Source: Scyliorhinus canicula | Lineage: Eukaryota | NCBI RefSeq assembly: GCF_902713615.1 | Contig: NC_052162.1 | Span: 81,817,240-81,881,239 of the forward strand | DNA length: 64,000 bases | Direction: 5' to 3' | Notes under the pieces: generated by a model | Told to the model about the DNA's origin: nothing | The model's input: only the letters and a program-made list of their open reading frames with translations | Databases searched by the model: none | Part shown: positions 61,251-64,000 of the stretch, piece after piece | How the letters are laid out: every line of letters begins with the position of its first letter | How positions within the stretch are numbered: the first letter of the stretch is position 1 | Made by a program: the position numbers and the translations under genes

Positions 61251-63109
61251 TCTGTAGTTTTTTATTTATAATGGAATCCTCAGTAGAGCCTGACCAACAA
61301 GGTATGAGTAACTAATATTTATAAATCAAGTGCAATTTATTAAGCTACATGTTACAAATACTGAACCAAAAACAGTGAAGACAACCTGAAAGTCACAATC
61401 CTTGGATTCTTCGAAGTTGCCAGCAGAGGTGATGCCTTTCTTCTTCTGTTGAAGTGATGTTACATTGAATTATGTCTCAGAAGAATCATACCAGAAACCA
61501 TGATACAAACCGTGGCAACAAAATCTCTGACTTTCCAACTTTTATCCTTAATTCTGACCCTTTCTCTTCCTTATTTGGAAAAAAGTCCATATGAGCCTCT
61601 TTCGTTGGCTGAGGGTGAGGGCCGGCAGGTGTCACCCCACCTCTGTAACTGTAGTCAAACAAGCCAAACACCATGGAGCTATAGTCCATTTTAAACAAGT
61701 GACACACCCTCGCAGATACAGAGCAGTTGTACAGACAATGTTACATCCTCTCATCGATATCGCAGCCTATTGTAAACGATTCATATCAACATTCCAACCC
61801 ATTCTCACCGATAAGAAGACAATTGAGAGCAATAACTTTTATCATATGTCAGGAAAATAATGTCTTTTTAAAATGTAGGTGTTCTGTTCTACAGAACTGC
61901 TGCCCAGTGCTCGGATATGGGGGTTGGGAAATACCTCAGGGGAGGGATTGGTCTTGGTCGGGACGCTGATACATTCCAGGTCGGGTGGGTTGCCTTTGGG
62001 CCTGGTGTTGGGGGAGGGGGGGGGGCATGGTGGGTGAGGGGCATTTCATCTGTGAGGCCTTAAAGCCATCTTTGAATACTGTGGCTACCCATAACAGGGG
62101 CAACTACATCTGCAGTCTATCTGTCTTACAAAATACTTCCAGGACAGGGCCCAGTTCTTGGTTCTGTGCTGAAGGGCACTTTATCTCCCTTTGACTGTGA
62201 GAAGCCTCTAGTTTCACAGCTGAAAGCTATTGCTGATGAGGAATTGGCCTTGTTCGTTCTGTGAGTAATTCACAGCTGCAGGTTGTTTCTGCTGCTTGCT
62301 CCTGCTGGAGGCTGTAAATGCCTGGAGGCTGCTGTTGCTGTTTCCTTCCTTTTCTGTAGCCAGAAAGAAGGATAATATTTTCTAAGATAGCTGGGTCCTG
62401 GAGCACCGGACTCGGGGAACGGACGAAGGCAATCCAGTTTGAAGCAAGAAGACACTGTAGGACCAGGCGCGGGATATTGTTCCGCACAGGCCACCTGTTA
62501 ACGCCATTGGGAAATGCTTTCACAGATTGTTGATACTTTTGATGTCGGTGTGGTGAGTGCTGCATGTAAAGACCATGACATCCCTGGAATTCAAGGATCT
62601 TCAACTGTTCCTTCAGCATCAGTAGGATAGGTGGACGCCAGGATTCAGTTCGATTGAGCCGTGTGGGTTCCAGGATTGAGAATGGCACTGATAATACGTG
62701 GAACAAGTAACACATTGATGGACAAATCATTTCTGCGACAAGGTTCCGCATATAATCACACATTCTCAGATTTATCCTCCATTTCTGTTAAGGAAGATGC
62801 AAGGAATGAAACCGTGTGTTTTTTTTTGGTGAAAATGAGCTGATATAGCTTTGTATTGGTACCAATATGGGACGGTGACATTTCCTTGTTGTTTAATGGT
62901 TAGTGTGGTATGTGGAATGTTACATAGTTGATTTTCAAATCTTTGTTCCCGTTGACTATTTAATAAACAAAATATTCTCACGTGGATTCTTGTGGGTAAC
63001 CGTGCCATGTCTCAAACGATGATGATTGCATCGCACTTCAATCAAACTTTGAAGTCTGAACAGTTTGCCTGACCTCTAGAAGCATCAGCAACATAGAGGC
63101 AGCAACCAA

Positions 63110-64000
63110 CCATCAAACACTGAAGAGGGCTTCAGCGCTGGGTCCTCGTGACCATCGGGTAAGTGTGTGGCAGGGGAGGGCACCTGAGCACAATCCCCCT
63201 AATGTTCCCGGCAGGGGTCCAGGGGCTACTGCTGTTGTTGGAAGTGAGTGTGCAGAGTGAGGTTTTTCACCACAACTGGTTCGATGGAGGGCACTCTGAG
63301 AGAAGGCACGATACATAAGGGTAGGGGAGGCCTGGGGGATTTGAGTGTCCCAGGGTGTAAACCCTAACTCATTGTTGGTCTCGCTCCTTCCACAATTCCC
63401 TAAAGATACCAAAATGGATGGTGGTGTCAGTCCAGCAGTATATAACCCTCCTGGTGACGGTGGCAGCTCAGGCAGCCAGACACCTGTATCTGGGACAGGT
63501 CAACAACAAATTAGGTATAGCTCTTGGGGCTAAAGGGATCAAGGGATATGGGTGGAAGGTGGGATCAGGGTATTGAACTTGATGATCGCCACAATCATAA
63601 TGAATCGTGGAGCAGGCCCAAAGGGCCGAATAGCCTCCTCCTGCTTCTATTTTGTTTCTATGTCCATCAGCGATTGGGAAATGATGTTGAGACCCTCAGT
63701 CATGGTCATCACACACTGAGCCATGCTTTGGGAACCACCATTCAAGATGCTGACCTCGTGCTGTAGGCTTTCCACAGCGGTTGCCACTCTAGCGGTGTTG
63801 GCCTCAGTGCCACGCATTGTCGGCATCACCTCCCACCCCCCCCCCCCCCCCCCCCCCCCCCCTCCCCCGGCCTTTGGAATTCCTCCAATCAGCTATGGAA
63901 CTCCTGAATCTCACAGCTGTGTCCGAGCATCCGCATCAGCTCTGGGACAACTTTGTCGAGAGGCTCGGCATCTGACTGGGACCCAGTCGACATTGGACAG
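63110..64000 (-). mobile_element. Harbinger Myb-gene C-terminal region, running off the window, with nested CR1 3' end (63509-63663, +)
   Basis: MRGTEANTARVATAVESLQHEV matches 40395-40450 and ATQVNTVRV (about 26030). Confidence 0.75.

Noticed and set aside
1-64000. Most short ORFs in the six-frame track, e.g. the recurring LGHCLCGVCTFSPCLRGFPPGAPVSSHSPK peptides
   Set aside because: They are translations of SINEs or GC-rich MITEs, and recur only because the repeats recur.
1-64000. CRISPR arrays, operons or other prokaryotic systems
   Set aside because: There are no regularly spaced repeat-spacer arrays, and the sequence is vertebrate repeat-rich DNA.

Overview
Eukaryotic, repeat-dominated vertebrate DNA. 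The SINE repertoire (HE1-type V-SINEs, a SacSINE1-like DeuSINE) points to a cartilaginous fish, probably a shark (inference). I find no intact host gene. Almost all ORFs in the track are decayed transposon fragments or spurious. Contents: (1) three large decayed Harbinger/PIF elements with a spliced Myb/SANT-coiled-coil gene (two also with transposase remnants), further fragments, and at least 10 MITEs with GGGCGGGATTCTCC-type TIRs and 3-bp TSDs; (2) a full-length defective Mag-like Gypsy element (32200-36478, AATAT TSD), an older Mag-like copy, a truncated Gypsy with a YLDN RT motif and several solo LTRs; (3) CR1, L2 and single-ORF APE-RT LINE remnants; (4) two Penelope-like families carrying minimal hammerhead motifs; (5) about 18 SINEs built from interchangeable heads and tails. 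Most notable: an intronless, decayed coiled-coil ORF resembling CCDC158 whose frame is restored by removing a MITE; exact locally templated copies and a 306-bp foldback at retroelement junctions; a SINE that appears to be tRNA head + LINE 5' region + LINE 3' tail; a reconstructable dimer-type hammerhead; and a hairpin-loop micro-inversion between sister LTRs. All family names come from recognition by eye, not database searches.
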